A stretch of 34,187 nt of DNA from a virus (lineage: Duplodnaviria > Caudoviricetes), in IMG/VR virus record IMGVR_UViG_3300037524_000103, positions 1-34,187 of that record. One strand, given 5' to 3'. This document shows positions 18,373 to 26,774 of the stretch, piece after piece (position 1 is the first letter of the stretch; every line of letters begins with the position of its first letter). The notes under the pieces were generated by a model, which was not told the origin of the DNA, ran no database searches, and was given only the letters and a program-made list of their open reading frames with translations. The position numbers and the translations under genes were made by a program.

Positions 18373-19008
18373 TCAAAGTTGAGATAGATACGCCATCGCG
18401 GCGCCAGTTGAAGATGAACCACCCGCAGAAGTCGGTGCCGTGTCCCCGTTCGTGCCGACGCCAAAGGCTTTCCAAGAATAGATCGTGGACACACCTGGAA
18501 GTCGGAAACCCAGCGATCCGCCTGCCGTCAGCGGCGCGCCGTCTGTGTAGTCAATATCCCATGTTCCAGGCTCTGTATCTACGTCAAGCCATGTCCGCGC
18601 TTTAAGGTTGCTGCCGTTTGCACGCAACCTGAACCATCTGTCGGACGTATCAATTGTCAGCCCTGACTTTGAGGCAAGAAATGAAGTTGTGCCGTCGTCA
18701 GTGCGAACAATACGGAACCCTGAGTCGTTCGCTTGCAGCCCGTAGGCATCAAAAGTAGCTAACGCGGTATCGTCCGCGCCTCGCAAGAAAGCAAAAGACC
18801 TGTAGGTTGACGACAGCCCAGCGAAACTAATCTTGACTGCAATCTCGACATCTGAAACGCCTGCACCATTCGCATACTTCAGGATGTCTCCACTGACAGA
18901 TGAGGTTTTCTCAATGTGCCCACTGACCACCGAGAACTGCGCGCCAACCGTCCAATCTGCTTCAGTCCAGTTGGTCAGTGAGCTGCAATCATCAAAGTAC
19001 GTCGCCAT
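18373..19008 (-). CDS. Putative concanavalin A-like beta-sandwich virion protein (211 aa)
   Basis: AAGGA RBS; WFRLRANGSNLKARTW...EPGTW...GGSLGF pattern common in lectin-like phage domains. Confidence 0.65.
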   Translation of the reverse strand: MATYFDDCSSLTNWTEADWTVGAQFSVVSGHIEKTSSVSGDILKYANGAGVSDVEIAVKISFAGLSSTYRSFAFLRGADDTALATFDAYGLQANDSGFRIVRTDDGTTSFLASKSGLTIDTSDRWFRLRANGSNLKARTWLDVDTEPGTWDIDYTDGAPLTAGGSLGFRLPGVSTIYSWKAFGVGTNGDTAPTSAGGSSSTGAAMAYLSQL

Positions 19009-19018
19009 GCTCTTTCCT

Positions 19019-22000
19019 TTATGGCAGTTTCACAACGGCCGCTGGTTGATCGTGTGCAGCCACAAGCCCTATAGCCCTGTGCTCTTGCAGCCATGCAATA
19101 CGGCCATACTGCCCAACAGCATTCTTCGGGATCGGTGTGCTCAATGGGAACGCGGACGCCTCTAGCGTTTCAGCGTCGATGCGGGCGATCTGCGTGATTA
19201 CCCCACCAGTAGACTCTTTGCCACCAAGCGCCCAGAAACAGTCCTCTTGCTCGTCGTAAACGATGCCCATTGCCGCCGACAGAATACCGGCATGGCTTGC
19301 CAGGCTTACCTGCGTCTTTGTTGCCGTGTTTGCGGCCCAATTGATCGAAAGCAAGTAAACAACCAGCGTAGGCGAGTTGTAGCCAACCAGAAGGTATCTG
19401 TTTCGTGTTGGGTCGTAGCAGTAGCTCGGGTCCCAACTTCCACTGAACAGAGATATCGAGAACGACGTGAACGCACCCGTGCTCATGTCGAAGAATCCGT
19501 TATCCGTGCCACTTAGCGGTCTATTGGCGAAAATCTTCGACTCGTCGGGGGAGAGGATAAGTATCCCGCCAGTGTCGTTAATGTCGATGGGATAGTTGCC
19601 GTAGGTGCCGGTGTCCTCATCGAACCAATAGAACCCGCTTGGAGCCAGCGGCACTTGCCCGTTGTTGACATCGGGCCAAGATGAACTATTGCCTCTGTAG
19701 ATGCGGCGCCTTGATTGCGAGTACACCACATTGGAATAGGTGTGCACGGCATTTGGCTTGCCGTCTGCATAGGCTCCAACTCGCCAGTAAGAAACGATGG
19801 AATCCAGGGCGCTGCCTTCGCTGCGCGACCCTTCAAGCGTGTAGAAGCCTAATGGCCTAGTAGTTCCGCTCCAATCAAAAACGTGCCATCCGTTGTTGGC
19901 GCCGTCCGAGTGCCCGCCGCCTGAGAAAAACAAGCGCTTCGTGGTCGGGTCGTAAACGCCACCACTCCACGCGCTGATGATCCCCTCAGTTTGGAACCGA
20001 GCGCTTCCGTTCCACGGCGGCGGCTGTGATGCGCGGAACGTCGCAGCACCCAAAGGCGCATAGGCCCCGGTGAGCTGCCGCACCTCGAACGGCTGCATGC
20101 CGTCCGTGTAGTGACCCGTAGCCGGCGCCGGAGGTGATGGGGTGAACGATGGCGGAACCGCAGGCTCGGGTATGTAGTCGCTCGGCATCACGCCTACATC
20201 GGGAATAGGCAGCGGCTCCCTAGAAACTATGATGTCTGTGAACTCGACAGCGGTCGTTCCTTTCGGCGGCGGCTGACCGCCAGATCCTATGTAGATGTTT
20301 CCGAACGAACCGAACTGCAACATGCTCAAGCCGGGTGGGTTCTGCTGATAGTGCCCTGCGTGGTTCTTGTCGTCACCGAACATCCAGGCGTAGCTTGGAT
20401 AATCTATGATGCGCTTCCACTTTGTATCGCCCGGCTCTGCCACGAAAACTTTTATTTCCGTCCGGTAATCTGCGTCGTAGGCTGCCGGCTCAGGAACCTT
20501 CTCTTGCGCCCTGTTAGCCGCAAGGTTTGTGTTGTAGTCAACCCACGGTTGGACTGCGTTGTCCCTGCCAAAGTCGAAGTGGATCATGTACGTGACCCAC
20601 ACATTACCAGGGAAGCGCCAGCCTGCATCCGCACTGGTGAGCGTCGGATACGTCGCTAGTGGGTAATCCTCTTGATGGTGCACCCGATAGCCAAAGGTGC
20701 TGTTGTCTTTCGTAACCTCCCCAGGCCATGACGGCGGCATAACTAGCGTTGAAGGCTCATGCGCCGCAGAATCGTTGTACTGGGTGTAAGGGACCAGGCG
20801 GCTGCCTCTACCGTCTGGACGCACGTTGTCTGGATCACCGCCAGCGTTCCAAACAAATTGCCCGTGCCCGGACATATCGTTCTGAATGAAAAAGTGCTTT
20901 GCCGTGCCTAGCAAAATTCTGTTGGCGTTCAGCTTGCTTCTGAACTGAATCCAGACACTTTGCCCTTCAAATACGTCTGTTCTGACGTAGTTGTTTGAGT
21001 TCACCGGATTTGGTGGCACCCAATCCTTGTACTCGGCTACACCGTAGGCTGGATTCCAGTAAGACCTATGCCCCCAGTATCCTTGTAGAAAATGCGTAGT
21101 TCTGTCACCGCGGGTCGTAACCCGTTCCCCATTAGCCTTGAACGGGGGCCAATCTCTAGGTTTGACCGCAGCCCCGTTAGTGATGCCGATGTCGTCGCGG
21201 ATGCCGTTGATCCGCTTGGCACACATAAAGCGCTCCCAAGCGCCCGTTGAGTCAGTCCCGATCCTTATTTCATGAATGGCTAGAAGCGCTGCGGCAGTGG
21301 TCGCGGTTGACCCGCCACCGTAAGACACACCCATATAACCGTAGGAGCTTCCTGTGGTCCTACGCAGCAGCGTAATCTCGTTCGTCTCATAGTTTAGGCT
21401 TTCGACGCGAACAATCTCTAGGTTTCTAGTTCCGCCCCCTTCGCCTACTTCTGAACCTTTCAGCCCGACATGTACGTCGAATGGGTACGGTCCATCAGGC
21501 CACTCTGACAAGTCCGACACCCTCCAAACTTGTCGGGCTACCTCGGGGGTAGATTTATTCAAGTAGTACGAAGGACACGCCGGCACATCCTCAACCAGCA
21601 ATGACCCAACGGTTTTCTGTGTCAACGCCCAGCCGCCCAGGCTTGTACTCACCCGTGCGGGGGCATTGAATTCTGTTGGCTCAGCTTTGGAGAACTGATC
21701 GACTTCCCAATCCGCCGCAAAGTTGTGGTGGAACAGAACGGAATTGCGGAACGCACGATCAGCCCACGATCCATCCCCGAAGATAAGGGTGTCGGTGTTG
21801 ACGATGGGGTAGCTGGAACTGTTGACAAGCCGCAGCTTGGAGTTACCAGCCGAGTGCCGGTAGACCCAGAACTCCTTGCGTCCTACTTCCCCGGCAGCCC
21901 AGCTAACCGTTGACGGATAGACCGTGGTCTGATCTGTGCCTTCTGTGGCGAACAGCACCGCACTGCAGGCAGTTTGAATAGGGCCGTTGGGCTGGACGGC

Positions 22001-22834
22001 GAAGCGCACCCAGGTATTCGGCTTGCCGCCCTTGGCGCCGAGTAGATCAAGCCTTGTGGCGTTGACCTTGGTGACTGTGACCGGGGCGCCGACCTTCGTC
22101 GGAAGCGGATGCGTTGCAACGGAGGAAGCTCGCTTGATGACTACATCTAAAGTCTCTGGCGCGGCAGTGGTGAAGATGACATCCTTGTAGGACTCTCCGA
22201 TCTCGCCTGTCTTCAGGGAGAACGCAAATGTCCTGACCCCGCCCTTCATCACATCAATTTCATACGACCCGGGCGCGGGCTGATTCAGCTCCACAATTAC
22301 CGTGTACGGTTTGTAAAGCTCGACCACCGATGGGAATGTGACGGTGGCGGTGAGCGCCACAGGATCGGCCACGGTAAGCGTGATCGTGTTCGTCGTCAGC
22401 GCGGGGCTGGTCGTGATGCCGATGGTGTAGGTGCCATTGGCCGCGGCGGTGTGGGTGAAGGTGTAGACCTTCGAGTTGACGGTGACCACCGGACCGAACG
22501 TGCCGCCGCCCGTACTGGTGGGGATGATTTCAAGCCCATCGGGGGGCTCACCGTTCAGAGTGACGGTGTACGTCACGGGCGTGCCCACTGCTGCGGACGT
22601 GGAGCCTGTCAGAGTGGCTTGGTACGCGATAGCCATCGCGGCCGCTGAAACGGTGTCGATCTCATCCACCGTGGCCAGCGTGACGCTTCTGGGGGCTCCA
22701 TTCTCAAGCTGCGTGAGCGCTACCAACAGGTCGGCGTCATCGACCTGCCCCAGTGCAACGCGCGGCCCGAACCGGCCGCCGTGGGCTACCCCACCCGACT
22801 GGATCTTGTACCGCTTGTCAATGGGCGCCGGCAC
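19019..22834 (-). CDS. Large multi-domain virion appendage/adhesin: Ig-like domains, lectin/lyase-like sandwich, C-terminal Kelch-like propeller (1271 aa)
   Basis: GTG start with AAGGA RBS; T/V-rich Ig-like N-terminal part; Pro-rich linker; AWSGGVYD...SGGGHSD...KPNAVHTY propeller-type motifs. Confidence 0.7.
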   Translation of the reverse strand: MPAPIDKRYKIQSGGVAHGGRFGPRVALGQVDDADLLVALTQLENGAPRSVTLATVDEIDTVSAAAMAIAYQATLTGSTSAAVGTPVTYTVTLNGEPPDGLEIIPTSTGGGTFGPVVTVNSKVYTFTHTAAANGTYTIGITTSPALTTNTITLTVADPVALTATVTFPSVVELYKPYTVIVELNQPAPGSYEIDVMKGGVRTFAFSLKTGEIGESYKDVIFTTAAPETLDVVIKRASSVATHPLPTKVGAPVTVTKVNATRLDLLGAKGGKPNTWVRFAVQPNGPIQTACSAVLFATEGTDQTTVYPSTVSWAAGEVGRKEFWVYRHSAGNSKLRLVNSSSYPIVNTDTLIFGDGSWADRAFRNSVLFHHNFAADWEVDQFSKAEPTEFNAPARVSTSLGGWALTQKTVGSLLVEDVPACPSYYLNKSTPEVARQVWRVSDLSEWPDGPYPFDVHVGLKGSEVGEGGGTRNLEIVRVESLNYETNEITLLRRTTGSSYGYMGVSYGGGSTATTAAALLAIHEIRIGTDSTGAWERFMCAKRINGIRDDIGITNGAAVKPRDWPPFKANGERVTTRGDRTTHFLQGYWGHRSYWNPAYGVAEYKDWVPPNPVNSNNYVRTDVFEGQSVWIQFRSKLNANRILLGTAKHFFIQNDMSGHGQFVWNAGGDPDNVRPDGRGSRLVPYTQYNDSAAHEPSTLVMPPSWPGEVTKDNSTFGYRVHHQEDYPLATYPTLTSADAGWRFPGNVWVTYMIHFDFGRDNAVQPWVDYNTNLAANRAQEKVPEPAAYDADYRTEIKVFVAEPGDTKWKRIIDYPSYAWMFGDDKNHAGHYQQNPPGLSMLQFGSFGNIYIGSGGQPPPKGTTAVEFTDIIVSREPLPIPDVGVMPSDYIPEPAVPPSFTPSPPAPATGHYTDGMQPFEVRQLTGAYAPLGAATFRASQPPPWNGSARFQTEGIISAWSGGVYDPTTKRLFFSGGGHSDGANNGWHVFDWSGTTRPLGFYTLEGSRSEGSALDSIVSYWRVGAYADGKPNAVHTYSNVVYSQSRRRIYRGNSSSWPDVNNGQVPLAPSGFYWFDEDTGTYGNYPIDINDTGGILILSPDESKIFANRPLSGTDNGFFDMSTGAFTSFSISLFSGSWDPSYCYDPTRNRYLLVGYNSPTLVVYLLSINWAANTATKTQVSLASHAGILSAAMGIVYDEQEDCFWALGGKESTGGVITQIARIDAETLEASAFPLSTPIPKNAVGQYGRIAWLQEHRAIGLVAAHDQPAAVVKLP

Positions 22835-22846
22835 GGCCGGGCTTCC

Positions 22847-23245
22847 TTAGTTGCCGCGAGTGATCGTGAACGACGTGATCGTGACGGTCTGCCCGTTGGC
22901 GATGCTGTTCACGTCGGGGACCATCTCCTGGCCGGCGCCGAACGTGCCCTGGATGCAGGAGTCCGTACCGTTGTTCTTGAAGATGCGGAAAAACGTGCCC
23001 GCGACACCTGCGCCTGCGCCGGATTGCCCCGTCAGGGTCCAGGTGCCGGACTTGGTGATGACGCCAGCGCTTGTCGTAAGCGCAGTCGCGGGCAGCACGC
23101 CCTCGGCGATGATTACCGCCGCGCCAACGGAAGTCGTTTCGTTGGCGGGAACTGCGCCGGAGTAGACGCGACAGACCGGCGCGCTGCCGACTTCGGAGAT
23201 CAGACCAGCCTGCTGGGCGTTGCGAACGGCATCGGAATAGAACAT
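22847..23245 (-). CDS. Small virion structural protein (132 aa), paralog of 2679..3056
   Basis: AGGAG RBS; shares Y-x-x-AV, AGV-x-T-x-SG and GQTVTI-x-S-x-TIT motifs with the paralog. Confidence 0.8.
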   Translation of the reverse strand: MFYSDAVRNAQQAGLISEVGSAPVCRVYSGAVPANETTSVGAAVIIAEGVLPATALTTSAGVITKSGTWTLTGQSGAGAGVAGTFFRIFKNNGTDSCIQGTFGAGQEMVPDVNSIANGQTVTITSFTITRGN

Positions 23246-23264
23246 GGTGACAACTCCTAAGCGT

Positions 23265-23278
23265 GTTTACATGTTAGC
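23265..23278. promoter_or_regulatory. Palindromic box GTTTAC-AT-GTTAGC
   Basis: Intergenic, a few nt upstream of the RBS of 22847..23245; one mismatch to consensus. Confidence 0.6.
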
Positions 23279-23293
23279 ACGTTGGAGGCGAAT

Positions 23294-23926
23294 CTAGGCG
23301 AATCGCCGTTGAGAAACTTGCAAGGAAGAGCGCACTGCACCCTTCGATGATCGGTTGGATGCCGCACTGACGCCAGCCTCAAACTGCGCGCGCATCGTAG
23401 GCACTTGCAGAAGGTTCGAGTATGGTTGGTTCGGTTGCGCGTACAGGTACGCCAGAGCCCCTGAAGCGATTGGCGTGGCCCACTTGTCGAGTAGCGCGTC
23501 ATCCAGCGATGTCGCAGTCCGCAGGGGAGTGAAAGACGCTCTCAGCACCAACGCACTGCCTGCGCTCGGCGCAGGGTACAGGCTCACGCTCGTCGCGTAG
23601 GGCGTCTTCTGGTACAGGTACATCGGCGTGCCGGCCGGCGCGCCCGTGAAGGCGTTGCTCGCAAGCACTTGCTCCGTCGGCACATTGCGCAGCGGCTGCT
23701 CGTCGAGCCACGCGTCAAGTACCGTGGACAGCTCCGTGCCGGTAGGCGCGGTCACTGCGTAGTCCGCGGCGGTCGTCGTGGTGATCTGCACCACGCCCTG
23801 AATGGAGTGTGTCTTGCGGCAGAACTCGATGGCGGACTCGATCAGCGCAATGTCCGCTGCTCCAGGGGAGCACCCCGTCGCAAACGGCAGCAGGAAGGGG
23901 TAGAAGTCCGACAGAGCGCGGGCCAT
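23294..23926 (-). CDS. Head-tail adaptor-like protein (210 aa)
   Basis: AIEFC...LYPAP...IASGALAYL...QPYSN pattern; TGATG coupling with the upstream gene. Confidence 0.7.
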   Translation of the reverse strand: MARALSDFYPFLLPFATGCSPGAADIALIESAIEFCRKTHSIQGVVQITTTTAADYAVTAPTGTELSTVLDAWLDEQPLRNVPTEQVLASNAFTGAPAGTPMYLYQKTPYATSVSLYPAPSAGSALVLRASFTPLRTATSLDDALLDKWATPIASGALAYLYAQPNQPYSNLLQVPTMRAQFEAGVSAASNRSSKGAVRSSLQVSQRRFA

Positions 23927-24549
23927 CACTTACCCCCTTCGATACGCGCGCCAACCGCAAGGTTGAACAGCTGCAGGTGCATCTGCGCCTTGGGGGAAGC
24001 CCCCGCGAGATCCTGGTCCTTGCAGTACGCGCGGAAACACATGAAGTCGACCAGTGCCCCTGCGTACAGATCGTCGATGCTGATCACGTCCTCCTGCTGC
24101 CTCACGGTGGCAGGGACAATCGCGTAGTGCAGGTCCACCTTGACCCCCTCCGTGACCGGAGGAGACACGTAGAACACCCGTGGGACCGCGGGGTCGACCG
24201 CAGCGCAGTAGACAGTGCCCGTAGGAGTGGCTGCATGCCACCCCGGTGTAGAGGAGGTCAGAAGATCGAGAGTGGTCGCGTAGACCGCGCGCCCTGGCGC
24301 ACCCGCCCCGTCCACGTTGCGAATGGCTCGGATCAACGCAACACCGTTCGACGGTAGCGTTTGCCGGGTGCCAGCGACCAGAGTGTGCGTAGTTACCGTG
24401 GAACAGGCGTCGGGCTTGACCGACGCAATAACCCGCTGGCCTTCGTTCAGCGCCAGCAGATGCTCATAGTCTTGCCACCGGTCGTTGTCCGGGTCTTGGA
24501 TCAGCGCCTTGGTCTGGCTGATCAGGGACTGCGCAGTGACGCTAGGCAT
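23926..24549 (-). CDS. Head-tail adaptor protein, DUF6682-like (207 aa)
   Basis: Start moved to ATG 24549 (GGAG RBS); QD...RW...LNEGQR...KPDA, FYVSPP, ALVDFMCFRAYCKD. Confidence 0.75.
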   Translation of the reverse strand: MPSVTAQSLISQTKALIQDPDNDRWQDYEHLLALNEGQRVIASVKPDACSTVTTHTLVAGTRQTLPSNGVALIRAIRNVDGAGAPGRAVYATTLDLLTSSTPGWHAATPTGTVYCAAVDPAVPRVFYVSPPVTEGVKVDLHYAIVPATVRQQEDVISIDDLYAGALVDFMCFRAYCKDQDLAGASPKAQMHLQLFNLAVGARIEGGK

Positions 24550-24599
24550 CAAAACTCCACGCGGGAACGCCCAGTGAATGACACCCAAGCAGTGTAGCT

Positions 24600-24613
24600 G
24601 CTTACTCGTAAAC
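24600..24613. promoter_or_regulatory. Palindromic box GCTTAC-TC-GTAAAC
   Basis: Intergenic between glycosyltransferase and adaptor; exact consensus; TACACT (24591-24596) 3 nt downstream on the minus strand. Confidence 0.65.
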
Positions 24614-24622
24614 GCACAACAG

Positions 24623-25261
24623 TCACTTTGCTTCTGTCCAGGTCCACGTACGCTGGCCAATGTGCCCTATCAGCTTGCTCGCATCGTGATCCAGATAGGT
24701 CTGAAACCCAGCCTCCCGCGCGGCGCGGAAAAATGGGGCATCCTCGGTGCTGTAGGTCACTGTGTCAGGGTCGAAGAACGGCTGGAATCTCGGCAAGGGA
24801 ACGGCCTTGAACACATTCATGTCGAACACGCTGACACCGAACCCGGCAAAGTCAACCGGCTGGATGCCCGACGACGCCTCCGTAGTCTTGACGCGCGCGC
24901 CGTTAAGGTCGATGGCCATGAACTCAGGGTTCTCGGTCTTCATCAGGTAGTTGGTCACCACGATGGGCTGACGTCGACCTAGCATGATCTCCAGCACTTG
25001 TGGCTCGAATTTCATGTCGTCGTCGAGAAACATGAGGTGGGTGCGCCCTGCCTCCAGTGCGCGATGAACCAGCTGTTCCCGGTTGGTGATCCAGTTGCTG
25101 CTTTGCGCGATGTCCATCGAGATCATCACGTGGGTCATGTCCGGCATCGTGCGGATCGCGTTCTGGCACACGAAGGCCATCAAGGAGGCCACGGAGTGGG
25201 CGAACCCCATAGGCACCGTGCCGGCAGTCGGAATGGCTACAACGAGATCGAGTTTGGACAT
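24623..25261 (-). CDS. GT-A fold (family 2-like) glycosyltransferase (212 aa)
   Basis: LVVAIPT first strand, NREQLV, HLMFLDDDM (DxD), GFG, TEDAPFF (ED motif), GHIG. Confidence 0.85.
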   Translation of the reverse strand: MSKLDLVVAIPTAGTVPMGFAHSVASLMAFVCQNAIRTMPDMTHVMISMDIAQSSNWITNREQLVHRALEAGRTHLMFLDDDMKFEPQVLEIMLGRRQPIVVTNYLMKTENPEFMAIDLNGARVKTTEASSGIQPVDFAGFGVSVFDMNVFKAVPLPRFQPFFDPDTVTYSTEDAPFFRAAREAGFQTYLDHDASKLIGHIGQRTWTWTEAK

Positions 25262-25262
25262 G

Positions 25263-25290
25263 AAAAAGCGCCGAGTGGTTAGCTCGGCGC
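25263..25290 (-). terminator. Rho-independent terminator after the capsid/decoration genes
   Basis: Minus strand GCGCCGAG-CTAACCA-CTCGGCGC-TTTTT: perfect 8-bp stem plus U5. Confidence 0.85.
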
Positions 25291-25312
25291 ATTCTACTGA
25301 AGCAAGACGCTC

Positions 25313-25660
25313 TTAGGCGCTCAGAACCGCCGTGTAGTCAATGCCGTTCGGATGGGCAAAGAATACCGCGGGCTTGTTCTGCGCGACCGAGAACGCAGCC
25401 GTCGTCGAGTTAATCTTGCCCGCCGTGGTGGGCGGGTAGACCAGCATCGCCACCGTCGAGGCCGTACTGATGGCGATCAGCGGCGACCCTTGCGCGTGGT
25501 TCTGCGGCAGCTTGACGCCAGACTCTCCAGCAGCCGTGGTCACAATGTTGACCATCGCGTTGAGAGAGACCGCGGTAGCCGCAGCGGTGCCAGCAGCAGT
25601 GACGGCGGCAGTAGTGCCATCGGACATGTCGGCCCGACCGAGTGCAATGGAATTTGCCAT
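25313..25660 (-). CDS. Putative capsid decoration/cement protein (115 aa)
   Basis: Directly after the capsid gene, AAGGAG RBS, A/T-rich, GVKLP...VYPP motifs, followed by a terminator. Confidence 0.65.
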   Translation of the reverse strand: MANSIALGRADMSDGTTAAVTAAGTAAATAVSLNAMVNIVTTAAGESGVKLPQNHAQGSPLIAISTASTVAMLVYPPTTAGKINSTTAAFSVAQNKPAVFFAHPNGIDYTAVLSA

Positions 25661-25687
25661 GATGAATACTCCTTGAAAGGTAGCGGT

Positions 25688-26725
25688 TTAGCCGTAGACG
25701 ACGGCAGTAGCCAGCGCCGTGCCCTTGACCACTTTGTGCCCAAAGACCTGCAGGCTGCGGACCAGATCACCAAAGTCGGTCGGGTTGCGCAGTTGCTCAG
25801 TCTTCGTGATCTGCGAAGCGAATGTGATGGCGCTGGTGTGGCCAGCAGCCAGCAGGCGGCGCGCGTTGGCGTTGGTCGTCGCAGCGATGCTGTTCTCGGA
25901 GCCGTCACCCGACACCCACAACGTCGCGTTGGCGGCGGCCGTCGGCAGGTTGTTGGTCACGTACACCTTGAAGCGGTCGATCATGCCAACCATGCCGTTG
26001 CGGACCATCGAGCGCGGGTCGCCCATCTGGTCAGCGTACGCCAGCTTGGTGCTCATCAGCTTCAGACGGGTAGCCGGGTCAATCAGCAGCCAGCGGCCAG
26101 ACTCGGGCACGTTCTGCTCATCCAACACCGACGCCATCTTCAGGATCAGGTCCAGCGTGGTGTCAGCCGAAGCGCCGAGGTTGACCGGAGCACCGTCCGT
26201 GCCGAGGTTGTAGCTGGCCGACTTGCGGCCAGCCGTCGCGCCCTTGTTGGCCGCAACCGTGCCGTCTTCGTTAGAGCCAGTGGCCGCAGTCAGCAGGCTG
26301 CGATACAGGCAGGTCGAGTCGATCACGATGCGCAGCTGCTCCGACGCGTCGTCGGTGAACATCGACATCAGGTCGGGCTTCGACTGGTACTCCAGCACGT
26401 CCGCCACGTTGAAGGCGAAGTACTTAGCCCGGTCGATGGCCAGCTCGACGGTGTTCGGCGTCGGGGTCTGATACGACAGGTTGCCGCCCACAACGTAGTC
26501 GCTGACGGTCAGCGACGGGATGTTGTTGATGACGACCTTGTCGCCCAGGTTGGCGATGTCGCCTTCCCAGTCGCGGTTGCAGATGTCGGCAAAGGTACTT
26601 GCCAAATAGAATTTACTATTCAGCTTCGCCGACCAGATGCTCGGAATGAACGTACCGGAGTACGCGGGCGAGGTGTTATACGCCGCCCCAACGGGGGTGA
26701 CGGCACCGGCGGTAATGGTAGCCAT
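25688..26725 (-). CDS. Major capsid protein (345 aa)
   Basis: FIPSIWSAKL, WEGDI...GDKVVI, LDEQNVPESGRW, FGDLVRSLQVFGHKVV; AGGAG RBS; follows the scaffold gene. Confidence 0.92.
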   Translation of the reverse strand: MATITAGAVTPVGAAYNTSPAYSGTFIPSIWSAKLNSKFYLASTFADICNRDWEGDIANLGDKVVINNIPSLTVSDYVVGGNLSYQTPTPNTVELAIDRAKYFAFNVADVLEYQSKPDLMSMFTDDASEQLRIVIDSTCLYRSLLTAATGSNEDGTVAANKGATAGRKSASYNLGTDGAPVNLGASADTTLDLILKMASVLDEQNVPESGRWLLIDPATRLKLMSTKLAYADQMGDPRSMVRNGMVGMIDRFKVYVTNNLPTAAANATLWVSGDGSENSIAATTNANARRLLAAGHTSAITFASQITKTEQLRNPTDFGDLVRSLQVFGHKVVKGTALATAVVYG

Positions 26726-26759
26726 TTGGATTACTCCTAGGGGGTGACCGCCACCACCG

Positions 26760-26773
26760 GTTTACACGTAAGC
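26760..26773. promoter_or_regulatory. Palindromic box GTTTAC-AC-GTAAGC
   Basis: Intergenic between scaffold and capsid; TTACACGTAAGCA is identical to 31349-31361. Confidence 0.7.
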
Positions 26774-26774
26774 A

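Noticed and set aside
24550-24660. Upstream extension of the adaptor ORF (likewise 14359..14472 and 11898..11966)
   Set aside because: Longest-ORF artefacts overlapping neighbours; internal ATGs have proper RBSs
25352-26740. 462-aa plus-strand ORF, and the many other long plus-strand ORFs (e.g. 6276..7283, 8390..9595, 30995..31957)
   Set aside because: Antisense shadows of well-supported minus-strand genes; expected in high-GC DNA with strong codon bias; no motifs recognised
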